Below, in pieces: positions 18,118-28,674 of a DNA stretch of 64,000 bases; position 1 is the first letter of the stretch, and every line of letters starts with the position of its first letter. The DNA lies in NCBI GenBank assembly GCA_963701665.1, contig OY969622.1, forward strand, positions 896,001 to 960,000, given 5' to 3'. The notes beneath the pieces were generated by a model, which saw only the letters and a program-made list of their open reading frames with translations, did no database searches and was not told the origin of the DNA. This DNA is from Candidatus Babeliales bacterium. Lineage in GTDB: Bacteria > Babelota > Babeliae > Babelales > JANWKD01. The position numbers and the translations under genes were made by a program.

Positions 18118-18330
18118 ATGAGTTTTTTTTTTATTCAGGCATGTTTCTTTAAATACCTGAATATAGAGTTGATACTCATCTTGCAGAATAAGCATGCGCC
18201 GAGATTGTTCTTTAAAAAATTGATATTCAGCAATGAGCAAACCCGTTGTAATAAGCATTACCGAACACATAATTACAAAAAAAATTGTACTTATGGTATA
18301 TAAACTGTGTTTAATTGTTTCAATCCTGCA
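18118..18330 (-). CDS. Probable N-terminal membrane-anchor segment of the M23 peptidase, in a different frame (start uncertain)
   Basis: My translation CRIETIKHSLYTISTIFFVIMCSVMLITTGLLIAEYQFFKEQSRRMLILQDEYQLYIQVFKETCLNKKKTH* ends just past the A10 tract. Confidence 0.6.
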
Positions 18331-18331
18331 T

Positions 18332-19078
18332 TTAACAATGAATTAATTCTAACGAATTCTTTTTGATCCATCCTGATTGCTGCGCATTACGTACTTTGCA
18401 CCACTCATCTTTTGATTCAAGCACGGCTATCTCTTGTCCTTTGTTAAGCACACCACGCTTGCTAAAATTCATATTAGTACCCGCACATAAAAATGTTTGA
18501 TCTTCTTTTATAATCCCTCGCTCCTGCGATTGCAGCCATACCCTTAACGATAGACCAAGGCCTATTACACAATTTGGTGCTAATAAAAGTATGAGCCATA
18601 TTTTTTTAGATGCCAAACGCCTATAACAGAGAGCTGCTATAAGTATAATCCAAAAGAGCAAAAACAGGAATTGCAGCATGCCAACTGAATACGAAGTAAG
18701 CCACCTACAAAAGTTCTGTACAAATTTATTCTCTTTTTCTTCCGGTAAACCCAAATGCTGTAATGCCTTAGCACAGTTATGTTCTAGCGATGTTCGCAAT
18801 GCATAAGGGGCATTGTGTTCAGCTTTGCGCCAACACAATAATGCTTCGAAGTGATTACCAAGCCGATACCAACAATTACCCATATTATAATAAACGATAC
18901 AACTTTTTGGGCAGATAACATCATACAATGATAACGCTCTCTGAAACTCTTTTTGATGGTATGCTTGATTTGCCCTTAAAAATATTTCTTCAAAATTTTC
19001 AGCACGCAACGATAGGCAACACAGAAATAGGCATACGCAACTGAGCATTTTTTTGAATGCATGAACAAAGGTGCTCAT
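18332..19078 (-). CDS. batE: BatE-like TPR + SH3b membrane protein
   Basis: TPR (YYNMGNCWYRLG), two TM helices, SH3-like C-terminus (WCKVR...GWI); last gene of the bat cluster; start trimmed to MSTFV. Confidence 0.75.
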   Translation of the reverse strand: MSTFVHAFKKMLSCVCLFLCCLSLRAENFEEIFLRANQAYHQKEFQRALSLYDVICPKSCIVYYNMGNCWYRLGNHFEALLCWRKAEHNAPYALRTSLEHNCAKALQHLGLPEEKENKFVQNFCRWLTSYSVGMLQFLFLLFWIILIAALCYRRLASKKIWLILLLAPNCVIGLGLSLRVWLQSQERGIIKEDQTFLCAGTNMNFSKRGVLNKGQEIAVLESKDEWCKVRNAQQSGWIKKNSLELIHC

Positions 19079-20787
19079 ATTTTTTCTTCCAATTGTTTTA
19101 ACCAAACCTGTGCTCTTTTTACGAGCTCCTGCTCCTGCGGCATTGTATGTTTTTTGAGAAATGCACATTCTTGAATGGCATAAAAAAATCGATGCCATTG
19201 TTCAAGCGCCTCTTTAGAGAATCCTTTTTCTCGTAACAATCGTTCTATGCCTTCTGCACTCAATTCCGTTTGAGATAACCCAAAACGCGCGGCAAATAAA
19301 TGCATAAAAATATCATACATGCTCTGTGGCGCTCGATCATCCACGCTCGTTCGTAATCTTTTTTTTGCTATGGCAAACGCATATTTTCTATCAAGAAACA
19401 TTCGGTGAGTTTTTTGATAGTCATAATAATACTGTATACCAAACACATAGCAGCAATAGATAAAAGGTAAAAATATGAAAATAAAAAACCAATACCATGA
19501 TAACGCGCGTTCTCTTTGAAAGATCCATGAACCAGTTTCTCTAATAGGATGAATATCATCTCCATCGTGCAGTGTTCCATCATGCATCATTTCATTGTTT
19601 TGTTGAGTTCGTGCAACGTAAGGCGGTAAAATATTTAAAAAAATGGGGTTGGTTTCTAACGTTTCATAACAGCGCGTAGCAGTATTAAAAAAAGTAAAAA
19701 AATTAGGTGGAATTTCGTAAACACCTTCCTTCATCCCTTGCACAATATATTCAAACAAAATTTTGTAGGGAAACTGCGCATTACCTTCTTCAAAGATCGT
19801 CTTAGATTCATAATATTTTAATCCTTCGGGTAATTTTAATTTTGGCGCCTTTAGTTCATCAGGATGTGTTTTACATAAGACCGATAAGGTCAAAACAATT
19901 CCTTCGCCGACGTGCGCTTTTTCATGTTGTAATGCTGCACGAAAATCGCTAAACACGCCCATGCCATGAACATCCCTATCACAGAAAGGTAAGCTATCAA
20001 CGAAAATGGTAAGATCATTTGATACATAATGTTGTGGATTGGAATGCATCGTGAAGCGATTCATAATGGCAGTAAAAAGATCATGTGATCTGTTTCCATT
20101 TTTTTGCAAAGTCTTGCAGATTGCTTTAAATGGGGGCATGGTTAATCTTCCAGGTTTTTTTGCCGTCAATTCCGTTTGCCATTCAGCAAACTCATAACTT
20201 ACGTTATGTATTGTTGTGCTACCTCGTTGTATCTGTTGTAATGGCGAAAGAGTACCAATAGTTGGATCAAGGTTTGGATGTTCCAAGCTTATTAATTCAG
20301 TCGGCACACGTGTATTGAGACGAATCGTAAGTGTGCATTTTTCTCCTGGCACTATGGATGCGCCAGACGATAATAACTCCAAAATCACTTCTTGTTGTTG
20401 ATCTTCACTAACTTTGAATGAAAGAATATCAGAGCGCAATTCATGGCCATGACTTCCTTTTATTTTTGCAGGACCGAGTTCAAAGGTACCGACTGAGTTC
20501 GATCTAATAAGATAGGTATGTTGCGTTGTCACCTTTGACATCATGGTAATACGACTAGCGCCACGAAATTCATGATATATATTTTTTAGGCCCGGGATCA
20601 CGACATCATGCATCTTATGATCGCCATCTGCTCTCACTTCAAATAGATATGGCGCGCCCCGTTTTAACTCGTGCACAACTTTGCCATTCATATCAGTAAT
20701 GATCAGCTTAATGCCATTTTCTCCATAAAGCGTATGAAGAAAAACTAAAAAGAAGAAAACAAAAAAATTACCAATTTTTCTGACCAT
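19075..20787 (-). CDS. batD: BatD-like protein
   Basis: Signal peptide, repeated Ig-like segments (GTFELGPAKI, GRLTMPPF, GVYEIPP), one TM helix; position in the bat cluster. Confidence 0.75.
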   Translation of the reverse strand: MVRKIGNFFVFFFLVFLHTLYGENGIKLIITDMNGKVVHELKRGAPYLFEVRADGDHKMHDVVIPGLKNIYHEFRGASRITMMSKVTTQHTYLIRSNSVGTFELGPAKIKGSHGHELRSDILSFKVSEDQQQEVILELLSSGASIVPGEKCTLTIRLNTRVPTELISLEHPNLDPTIGTLSPLQQIQRGSTTIHNVSYEFAEWQTELTAKKPGRLTMPPFKAICKTLQKNGNRSHDLFTAIMNRFTMHSNPQHYVSNDLTIFVDSLPFCDRDVHGMGVFSDFRAALQHEKAHVGEGIVLTLSVLCKTHPDELKAPKLKLPEGLKYYESKTIFEEGNAQFPYKILFEYIVQGMKEGVYEIPPNFFTFFNTATRCYETLETNPIFLNILPPYVARTQQNNEMMHDGTLHDGDDIHPIRETGSWIFQRERALSWYWFFIFIFLPFIYCCYVFGIQYYYDYQKTHRMFLDRKYAFAIAKKRLRTSVDDRAPQSMYDIFMHLFAARFGLSQTELSAEGIERLLREKGFSKEALEQWHRFFYAIQECAFLKKHTMPQEQELVKRAQVWLKQLEEKI

Positions 20788-21766
20788 AGTAACTCGGCAT
20801 CTGTTGTTGAATTTGTCGTTTGAATAATGCTTTAGAAGCTTGAGCATCATGTTGTTCAACTAATTCAAGTAATTTTGATTCTTTATCTTGTGGTTTTTGA
20901 TTTCCATAAGTACCAGCTTTTTTTGCGTCTGGCAATTCTTTCTGCTCTTGAGCTTGCTGAGGTTTTGAAGATGCATTTTTACCATGCTGATCATCAGCTG
21001 CCGATTCTTGTCTTTCTGATTGCTGCGGCTTAGGTTGTTCAGATTGTTGCTGTTGTTCTTCTTGTTTATTCTGTTGAGGCTGGGGATTGTTTTGATTGTT
21101 ATTGCGTTCATGTTGATCCTGTTGAGGAGCATTTTCTGAAGATTGATCGTTAGGATCACGGTTATCCGAATTTTGTGATTGCTCGTCCGATTTTTGCTCT
21201 TCAGAATCTTTCTGATCATCATTTTTTTCATGTTCATCTGATTGAGAATCATTCTGATCATTTTTTTGAGAATCGTCGTTATTATCTTTTTTTTCATCAT
21301 CGCAAGATTGTTCATCGTTCTTTTGTTGCTCTTCTTGTTGTTTCTGCTCATCCAATTTTTTTTGAATCTGCTCAATCATTTTTTTTGCATATTCATTATC
21401 AGGATTTATCTTGAGCACTTCTTGGAAACTATTGAGCGCATCTTGCCATAATTCCCGATGCACAAAGCTCAAGCCGGCATCGTACCATGCTTGTTCTCGC
21501 AACGCATTCGGCGCTGCAGCATTCTTCGTAACATGATTAAAATATGCTTCTGCTTTTTCAAATTCTTTTTCTTTGAGCGCAATCTTTCCACAATTATAAG
21601 CAGCACTCGCATTATCGGGTCGACGCGTGAGAAGTTCATCATATAATTTTTGTGCACACGCGTTATCGCCATTCTTATAAGCATGGCACGCGTTATATTC
21701 TTCAAAATAAGCGAGGGCGCAAGTAACGCTATTTATGCAAAAAAGTAGTATCAAAAAAAAATTCAT
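20768..21766 (-). CDS. batC: BatC-like TPR protein with a Q/N/D/E-rich low-complexity linker
   Basis: N-terminal TPRs (AAYNCGK, AWYDAG, EVLKINPDN), long polar linker, C-terminal KNW. Confidence 0.8.
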   Translation of the reverse strand: MNFFLILLFCINSVTCALAYFEEYNACHAYKNGDNACAQKLYDELLTRRPDNASAAYNCGKIALKEKEFEKAEAYFNHVTKNAAAPNALREQAWYDAGLSFVHRELWQDALNSFQEVLKINPDNEYAKKMIEQIQKKLDEQKQQEEQQKNDEQSCDDEKKDNNDDSQKNDQNDSQSDEHEKNDDQKDSEEQKSDEQSQNSDNRDPNDQSSENAPQQDQHERNNNQNNPQPQQNKQEEQQQQSEQPKPQQSERQESAADDQHGKNASSKPQQAQEQKELPDAKKAGTYGNQKPQDKESKLLELVEQHDAQASKALFKRQIQQQMPSYYGQKNW

Positions 21767-22773
21767 AATAACCATGCCCCTATCAAAAATGCTAAACCCA
21801 CACCGACAAAATATGGATATTGATCGTGCAAAGAACCAACTTTCTTTTCCTCAAAAGCTGCTTTTTCCATCTTTTCAACTGCCACAATAATCTGTTGAAT
21901 ATCATGCGATGTATTTTGCTGTGCGTGTACATAGACACCGCCAATGCCTTGCGCAAGACTCATTAAAATGCCTTCATTGAGTTGCGAAATTATAACGGTA
22001 TCATTTTCATCTTTTTGATAACCAACATGCTTTCCTTGTTCATCGACAATAGGTAGCGGTGCTCCTTCTGGCGTACCAACACCAACGGTAATAATCGGCA
22101 ATCCTAAGGCATGTGCTTCTTCTTTGACGTGCACTAAATTACTTGAAAAATCTTCACCATCGGTAAACATCACGAGTGCTTTGTTATTGCTTGTTAACTG
22201 ATCTTTAAAAATCTCTAAAACTTTTTGCAATACTCTATCGAGTGCCGTTGTGCCGGAAGAAATTGTTTCAGAATCTATCTGATCTAAAAACAGTAAAAAT
22301 GCTGCGTAATCAGTCGTTAATGGACATTGCACAATAGGTTCGCCAGAAAATAATACTAAGCTAATGCGCTCGGATGCTAAGGTATTAACAAGCTCTTTTA
22401 TTTTTTTCTTTGCAAACTCCAAACGATTAGGTTTCATATCTTGCGCAAGCATACTCCGTGAAACATCGAGGGCAATGATAAGATCTCGCCCCTGCTGTTG
22501 AATATTTTCATCTTTTTTATCCCACTGCGGGCGCAATAAAGCTATGAAAAAAATACTCATAGCTATTGACACCATCAAGGCGTGAAACCAATTTCTTTTT
22601 TCTGAGAAATTTGCCACTAATGATGAACGCCACTTTCGCGAGCTCAGCACCGAGATTGCAGCATTCTTTTTTTGTGCATAATACACGACAAGAAAAATAC
22701 CTACGAGCAATAGTGGGAGATACCAACTATATGATAACGATGCCCATGTAATGCCTAATAATTCTTTTTTCAT
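21763..22773 (-). CDS. batB: BatB-like VWA domain protein
   Basis: LRPQW, MIDAS DVSRSM, PNRLEFAK, PLTTDY, TDGED. Confidence 0.88.
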   Translation of the reverse strand: MKKELLGITWASLSYSWYLPLLLVGIFLVVYYAQKKNAAISVLSSRKWRSSLVANFSEKRNWFHALMVSIAMSIFFIALLRPQWDKKDENIQQQGRDLIIALDVSRSMLAQDMKPNRLEFAKKKIKELVNTLASERISLVLFSGEPIVQCPLTTDYAAFLLFLDQIDSETISSGTTALDRVLQKVLEIFKDQLTSNNKALVMFTDGEDFSSNLVHVKEEAHALGLPIITVGVGTPEGAPLPIVDEQGKHVGYQKDENDTVIISQLNEGILMSLAQGIGGVYVHAQQNTSHDIQQIIVAVEKMEKAAFEEKKVGSLHDQYPYFVGVGLAFLIGAWLL

Positions 22774-23759
22774 ACAACAAACCATAGTAATGAGCTTAGA
22801 AGCTCAACAAGAAGAAGTAATAATGCACCACCAAGAAAAAATTGATAGAGATCATTATATTTGGTGAAAATATGGGTCTGATATTCAGTTTTTTCCAGTG
22901 CATCGATCGTTTCATAAATTTTTTTCATATCTTGAGGCTGCTTTGCTTCAAAATAACGCCCCCCAGTTTGTTCAGCAATAGTGCTTAACAATTCTTTGTT
23001 AACACCAGGTACCACTTGCACACCTCTAAAAGGATCTGTGATATAGCGTACGCCATCGTAGCCGATACCAATGGTATAAATTTTAATACCTAACTTTTTT
23101 GCAATGCTAATAGCATGTTCAATCGGCACATCTTCAGAGCTTGGTGCACCATCGGTCAAAACAATCATGATTTTATTTGTTGACTGAGAGTTTTTAAGTC
23201 TATTAGCACCCATCATCATGCCCAGACTCAACACCGTACCCGAAGGATCAATAACGCCGATATCAATATCCTGTAAAATTTCTTTTAAAATTTTTTTATC
23301 GAGGGTTAAAGGGCACCGTGATACAGCACCGTGCGCAAAAATCACTAACCCAATCGGATCGTCAATACGTTTTTCAATAAATTTAATAGCTTCTTGTTTT
23401 GCAACAACTAATCGCGAACGCTGATCGTTTTCATCATCACAAATTTGCATACTGCCTGATACATCTAATACCACCATCATATCAATGCCCTCGACATTGA
23501 TTTTTGAACGTACGTCTACGGTGCGTGGTTGCGCTAAAACGAGTGCAAGCAATAACAAAACGAGTGTTTGCAACACCGGACTAACATAAAGAACCCAACG
23601 CGCGGCATGACCCTTATAGGTGTCTTTGAAATAGGTTGTTAAAGGGAATGTATAAACGACCTGCTTTTTATAAGCAATTTTATACCACAAAAATAATGCA
23701 ATGCACGGGAGTGCGCTATAAAAAATCCATGGATGAGCGAGTTGTATACCAAAAAACAT
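22770..23759 (-). CDS. batA: BatA-like VWA domain protein
   Basis: LAQP, GIDMMVVLDVSGSM, CPLTLD, LTDG, IYTIGIG, IAEQTGGRYF. Confidence 0.88.
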   Translation of the reverse strand: MFFGIQLAHPWIFYSALPCIALFLWYKIAYKKQVVYTFPLTTYFKDTYKGHAARWVLYVSPVLQTLVLLLLALVLAQPRTVDVRSKINVEGIDMMVVLDVSGSMQICDDENDQRSRLVVAKQEAIKFIEKRIDDPIGLVIFAHGAVSRCPLTLDKKILKEILQDIDIGVIDPSGTVLSLGMMMGANRLKNSQSTNKIMIVLTDGAPSSEDVPIEHAISIAKKLGIKIYTIGIGYDGVRYITDPFRGVQVVPGVNKELLSTIAEQTGGRYFEAKQPQDMKKIYETIDALEKTEYQTHIFTKYNDLYQFFLGGALLLLLVELLSSLLWFVV

Positions 23760-23775
23760 AACCGATCCCTATGAT

Positions 23776-24489
23776 TTAATCAGAATGTGCAATAAACCAT
23801 GCACGAACACGATCAGCAAATGCTTGATCGGATTCTTGTCCTTCCATGAAGAAAGGTTTTCCTACAAGTATGGAGAGTGGCGCATAATTAACAAAAAAAC
23901 TTCCAGGCGGATATACCTTATAAGCATTTTTAATCAAAATAGGTACGACAGGACAGTTAGTTTTTTTTGCTAATAATGAAAATCCATTTGAAAATGCATG
24001 AATTTTGCCATCTATATATCTTCCGGCTTCCGGAAAGATAATAAGATTACGTTTTTTTATACCATCAAAAATTGATAATGCTTTGCGTAAACTCATCAAT
24101 GCCTTTTGTGGCGATGAAGGATCAACAGAGATTCCCATTCGCTTGCCAAGAAAACCTAAAACGGGTGTAGAAAGAAGTTCATGTTTTAAAAAGTATATAT
24201 GAGGATAGCATCTCATCAGATGGCCAACGAGGGGAATATCGAGTGCCGATTGATGATTTGCAACAATGATTGAAGGCTTATGGGGAATATTTTCTGCCCC
24301 AACTATTTTTATTGGTAACAATAAAGCTCGTATGGTGACGGCATAAAAAATGCACAGAAACCAATAATAGAATGGATTATCATAACGAATTCTTTTAGGT
24401 AATAAAGCAAAAAGCATACAAGGAATAATCGTTAAAATTGCGATTATCAAAACCACCGTATAAAAAAATAATGTTCGTACTATCCTCAT
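23776..24489 (-). CDS. plsC: 1-acyl-sn-glycerol-3-phosphate acyltransferase
   Basis: NHQSALD (HX4D) and FPEAGR motifs; start trimmed to MRIVR. Confidence 0.88.
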   Translation of the reverse strand: MRIVRTLFFYTVVLIIAILTIIPCMLFALLPKRIRYDNPFYYWFLCIFYAVTIRALLLPIKIVGAENIPHKPSIIVANHQSALDIPLVGHLMRCYPHIYFLKHELLSTPVLGFLGKRMGISVDPSSPQKALMSLRKALSIFDGIKKRNLIIFPEAGRYIDGKIHAFSNGFSLLAKKTNCPVVPILIKNAYKVYPPGSFFVNYAPLSILVGKPFFMEGQESDQAFADRVRAWFIAHSD

Positions 24490-24518
24490 GCTTCGCGCCT
24501 CATTCATCTTAATATCGT

Positions 24519-25346
24519 TTAATAATATCGTTTGAATTGTTCGTGAATCTGTTTTATATAAAAATTCGATGCAAAACAAAAAAAGACTGGCAAAATCAAT
24601 TTTGCTAAATCATTTGATAACAGATATATAGTATTTCTGCCCATCATTTCTAGAAGAAAAGGCATACCCAATAAAATATTAAGCCATATATAACGGGTGA
24701 AAAACCAACTGTACCAAGTCAATATAGTCAAAATAATAAAAAATGGATAATTGTAAACTATCATTTTTGATGCACGTAATACTGTTTTCACTTGTGTTCT
24801 AAATTCACTTGTAGAATCAAGGGAGAAAAAAATCAATACCATCCAAAGTGGTGAAATATAAATATAATTAGCAGAAAAAAACAGAAGCGTTATTAGTCCC
24901 CCAAAAATTCCAAGAAATAAGAGAGAAGAAATCAAAAATGTATTCGATTTTGCCACCATAACAATTGCAATCCAAATCAATCGAGAACTATAACTAATCG
25001 CCATAAAATATAAAAAATGCCAGAAATAACCTGCATAATAGCGATAATCTTTTTTAGCCAGTGAAGGCCGAATAGTTAAAAGGGTAACAAAACCAAGCAA
25101 ACACCATAAGAAATCTCCAAAAAAACCTAACCCACCTTGGATATACGGAGGAAAACTATACTTTTTATAAAGAATATCAACACCAAAACAGAGCAAAACA
25201 AGCCACCAGAATTTTTTAATAAGGATAACATAGGTATGGATAATCGTCTTTAGGGTAACTAATAGGAAAAGCTTCCCCTGGGTAGGGCTCAATATCTTTA
25301 GGGAATTAAGCCAGGAGGATAGGATCTGGGATATAGTGCTAACCAT
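24519..25346 (-). CDS. Polytopic membrane hypothetical protein (paralog 2)
   Basis: About 6 hydrophobic segments; shares TISQILSSWLNSLK..KLFLLVTLKTI, TIRPS.AKKDY, NYPFF and IHEQFKRYY with the neighbour. Confidence 0.8.
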   Translation of the reverse strand: MVSTISQILSSWLNSLKILSPTQGKLFLLVTLKTIIHTYVILIKKFWWLVLLCFGVDILYKKYSFPPYIQGGLGFFGDFLWCLLGFVTLLTIRPSLAKKDYRYYAGYFWHFLYFMAISYSSRLIWIAIVMVAKSNTFLISSLLFLGIFGGLITLLFFSANYIYISPLWMVLIFFSLDSTSEFRTQVKTVLRASKMIVYNYPFFIILTILTWYSWFFTRYIWLNILLGMPFLLEMMGRNTIYLLSNDLAKLILPVFFCFASNFYIKQIHEQFKRYY

Positions 25347-25363
25347 CTTTATTCCTTACTCCC

Positions 25364-26170
25364 TTAATAATATCTTTTGAACTGCTCATGAATTTCTTTA
25401 ATGTAGAAATTATTTGCTATGCATATAAAAATAGGCATTAAAAGCTGTGCGCTTTCGTAAGAAAGTAAACCTAAAATACCGATTTCATATTTATTAATAC
25501 TATGTTCAAGAACAAAATGTATAAGTTTCTGTACACCAAAAAAAATACTGAATGATAGTATAGCTAAAATCAAAAAAAATGGGTAATTAAACACTATCAT
25601 TTTCAATGAACGATATACGGAACTCATTTGTGCATATAATGAAGGATGGGTATCTAAAGCAAAGAAAATGGTAATAATTAAGAATCCAGAAAAAAGAATT
25701 GATGGTATTAACGGTATTAAAAAGAAGAGTGATGGCACAATAAATTCGTGTGCAATTTTTTCATTTCTTAAAAAAAATATACTAATTTGAGCACATGTCA
25801 TGAAAAGTAAAAAATACCAAAAAAAAAGCCGGCTAGCCAAAAAATTTAAAAAATAGGTGTAATCTTTTTTGGCGATTGAAGGACGAATTGTTAAAATTTC
25901 TACAAAAAATAAGCTACTACTGAGATACCAGCCTGAAGTCATTACGCCAAATTTCACATAATAGGGTATTTTACCAGCCCACAAAACCAAGTAGGTATCG
26001 GTAAGAATACATAGCCCAATAAGCCACCAAAATTTTTTAAAAAGAGTGGTATAGGCATGAATAATTGTTTTCAGGGTAACCAATAGGAAAAGCTTCCCAT
26101 GAGTAGGGCTCAATACCTTTAAGGAATTAAGCCAGGAGGATAGGATCTGGGATATAGTAGTAGTATTCAT
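25364..26170 (-). CDS. Polytopic membrane hypothetical protein (paralog 1)
   Basis: Tandem paralog of 24519..25346. Confidence 0.8.
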   Translation of the reverse strand: MNTTTISQILSSWLNSLKVLSPTHGKLFLLVTLKTIIHAYTTLFKKFWWLIGLCILTDTYLVLWAGKIPYYVKFGVMTSGWYLSSSLFFVEILTIRPSIAKKDYTYFLNFLASRLFFWYFLLFMTCAQISIFFLRNEKIAHEFIVPSLFFLIPLIPSILFSGFLIITIFFALDTHPSLYAQMSSVYRSLKMIVFNYPFFLILAILSFSIFFGVQKLIHFVLEHSINKYEIGILGLLSYESAQLLMPIFICIANNFYIKEIHEQFKRYY

Positions 26171-26424
26171 AAATAACCTTTATTTCTAACCTGTAAAAAT
26201 ATATTTTTACCCTGATTTCTCTTTCAGTCAATAAAAACAGGGTTCCAGGCACGCTTTCCCCCGGGGTTGTGACAAAATATTTGACATTTTGAAAATATTT
26301 ATTTTACTATAATAGGTAGCAACTGGAAAAAAACCTAGTACACCTACTTTACCAAATTACTGAATAGGTTCAAACTATATCGCAAATTTAAGCCTGTTAT
26401 TAATAAAGAATTAAGTAAGATAGT

Positions 26425-28674
26425 ATGAAAAAGTTATTGATTGTCGAATCTCCCGCCAAAATTAAAACAATCTCAAAGTTCCTGGGTAAGGACTTTAAGA
26501 TTATGTCTACCATTGGCCATATCATGGATTTGCCTTCCAAGGAGATAGGTGTTTCTTTAGGAAATCCGATTGAAATAAAATACGTAGTATTAGATAAAAA
26601 ACAGAAGGTTATCAACGACATCGTCAAAGAAGCCAAAACTGCCGATGAGATATTCTTGGCTCCCGACCCTGATCGCGAGGGTGAAATTATTGCTTGGCAT
26701 ATCGGTAATCAAATAGAAAAGGCTACCAAGCACCCAGAAAGAATTCATCGCATCACCTTCAATGAAATTACCAAAAGTGCCATTACAGAAGCTTTAGAGC
26801 ACCCTTCAACCGTTGATATGAAAAAGGTCGCCGCCCAACAAGCGCGCCGTGTTCTTGATCGTTGGGTAGGCTACGAGGTTTCCCCTATTTTGTGGAGAAA
26901 AATTGCCAAAGGGTTGTCAGCAGGGCGTGTTCAATCAGTTGCATTAAAACTGATCTGTGATCGAGAAGAGGCTATCCGCCAATTCAAGCCAGAAGAATAT
27001 TGGTCAATTAATGCGCTTTTTATCGATGATGAAGTAAAATTATTGGCGCCTTTGACCCATATCAATAAAAAGAAGGCAGAAATCCCTTCACAAGAAGCGG
27101 CAAAAAAAATCACTGAAGCGCTTAAAAAAGAAAAATACCATGTTGAATCAATTGAAGATAAACAGCGCACTAAAAATCCTCTTGCACCATTTATGACAAG
27201 TAGCTTGCAACAGGCTGCATTTAATCGGCTTGGTTTTGCAGTAAAAAAAACGATGCAAGTTGCACAAAACTTATACGAGGGTATTCCCCTTGAAGACGAG
27301 CAAACACCCGTCGCGTTAATTACCTACATGCGTACGGATTCTTTACGTTTATCTGAAACTGCGCTTAAACAAGCCCGCTCGTTTATTACCTCAGAATACG
27401 GTAATGATTATTTACCTTCAAAAGCAAATGTTTATGCAAAAAGCGGCAAAGCGCAAGATGCACACGAAGCTATTCGTCCCATTGATGTTTCAATTACGCC
27501 TTCACAGGTACGAAAATATTTACCTCCCGATGCAGCAAAATTATATGAGTTAATTTGGCAACGCTTTGTTTCTTGCCAAATGAAACCGGCTCTTTATGCA
27601 CAACGTCAAGTCACCATCCAAGGTGGTATTTATACTTTCAAAGTTACCGGCTCAACGTTGCTTTTTGATGGCTTTTTAAAAGTATATGGCGTTGATGAAG
27701 ATGAAGAGAAAGAAGATAAAGTTATTATACCGCCATCACTCAAGGCAAAAGAATTATTAAAGATCTCAAAAATTTCGCCTAAGCAACACTTTACACAACC
27801 GCCCCCACGCTTTACAGAAGCCTCGCTGGTCAAAGAGCTTGAAAAAGAAGGAATTGGGCGTCCAAGTACCTATGCAACGATTCTTTCTACTATTCGTGCA
27901 CGTGACTATACCGCATTAGATTCTAAAAAAAGATTCTTACCTACAGAGCTTGGTATGACGGTAACTAAAATGTTAACGGACAACTTACCAAAAATTATGA
28001 ATCAGAAGTTTACGGCAGAAATGGAAGAAGATCTTGATAAGATTGCTCAAGGAAAATTAAAACGAGATAGTTTATTAAAAGAGTTTTATAAAAATTTTGA
28101 AAAAGATCTCAATGCATTCCGTGGCGAAGCAAAACGGCCAATTGAACCAATTGGCAAAAAATGTCCAAAATGTAAAAAACATGAATTAGCAATTCGTATT
28201 GGTAAAACAGGACATTTTGTAGGTTGCCTTGGTTATCCCGAATGTACCTTCACAAGCAATTTCAAACGAAAAGAAGACGGCTCAATTGAATTGATTGCAA
28301 CGGAACAACCAAAGTTATTAGATGAAAAATGTCCTCAATGTGGCAGTCAATTACGACAAGTTATCGGTAAATATGGCCCCTTTGTTGCATGTTCAAATTA
28401 CCCTAAATGTAAATACATTCAACAAATTAAGGCATCGTTCCCGTGCCCTCTTGATGGTGGCAATGTTATACGACGTCAATGGCGCGGCAGTGTTTTCTGG
28501 GGATGCAGTAATTACCCGAAATGTAAATTTACCATTTCAGGTGATATTGAAGAGACACCGTGTCCAAAATGCAACGCACCATATTTAATTAAAAAAGTTG
28601 ATAAAGAAGGCAATGTAACACTTACATGTTCTAATAAAGAATGTGATTATAAGAAAGAAATTACAAAGCCTTAA
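26425..28674 (+). CDS. topA: DNA topoisomerase I with C-terminal zinc ribbons
   Basis: IVESPAK, DPDREGE, SAGRVQS, ITYMRTD (catalytic Tyr), GIGRPSTY, repeated CP.C zinc ribbons. Confidence 0.98.
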   Translation: MKKLLIVESPAKIKTISKFLGKDFKIMSTIGHIMDLPSKEIGVSLGNPIEIKYVVLDKKQKVINDIVKEAKTADEIFLAPDPDREGEIIAWHIGNQIEKATKHPERIHRITFNEITKSAITEALEHPSTVDMKKVAAQQARRVLDRWVGYEVSPILWRKIAKGLSAGRVQSVALKLICDREEAIRQFKPEEYWSINALFIDDEVKLLAPLTHINKKKAEIPSQEAAKKITEALKKEKYHVESIEDKQRTKNPLAPFMTSSLQQAAFNRLGFAVKKTMQVAQNLYEGIPLEDEQTPVALITYMRTDSLRLSETALKQARSFITSEYGNDYLPSKANVYAKSGKAQDAHEAIRPIDVSITPSQVRKYLPPDAAKLYELIWQRFVSCQMKPALYAQRQVTIQGGIYTFKVTGSTLLFDGFLKVYGVDEDEEKEDKVIIPPSLKAKELLKISKISPKQHFTQPPPRFTEASLVKELEKEGIGRPSTYATILSTIRARDYTALDSKKRFLPTELGMTVTKMLTDNLPKIMNQKFTAEMEEDLDKIAQGKLKRDSLLKEFYKNFEKDLNAFRGEAKRPIEPIGKKCPKCKKHELAIRIGKTGHFVGCLGYPECTFTSNFKRKEDGSIELIATEQPKLLDEKCPQCGSQLRQVIGKYGPFVACSNYPKCKYIQQIKASFPCPLDGGNVIRRQWRGSVFWGCSNYPKCKFTISGDIEETPCPKCNAPYLIKKVDKEGNVTLTCSNKECDYKKEITKP

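Noticed and set aside
20860..21451. 171-aa K/N/M/I-rich ORF and antisense ORFs inside batC
   Set aside because: Alternative frames of a low-complexity Q/N/D/E linker that happen to lack stops
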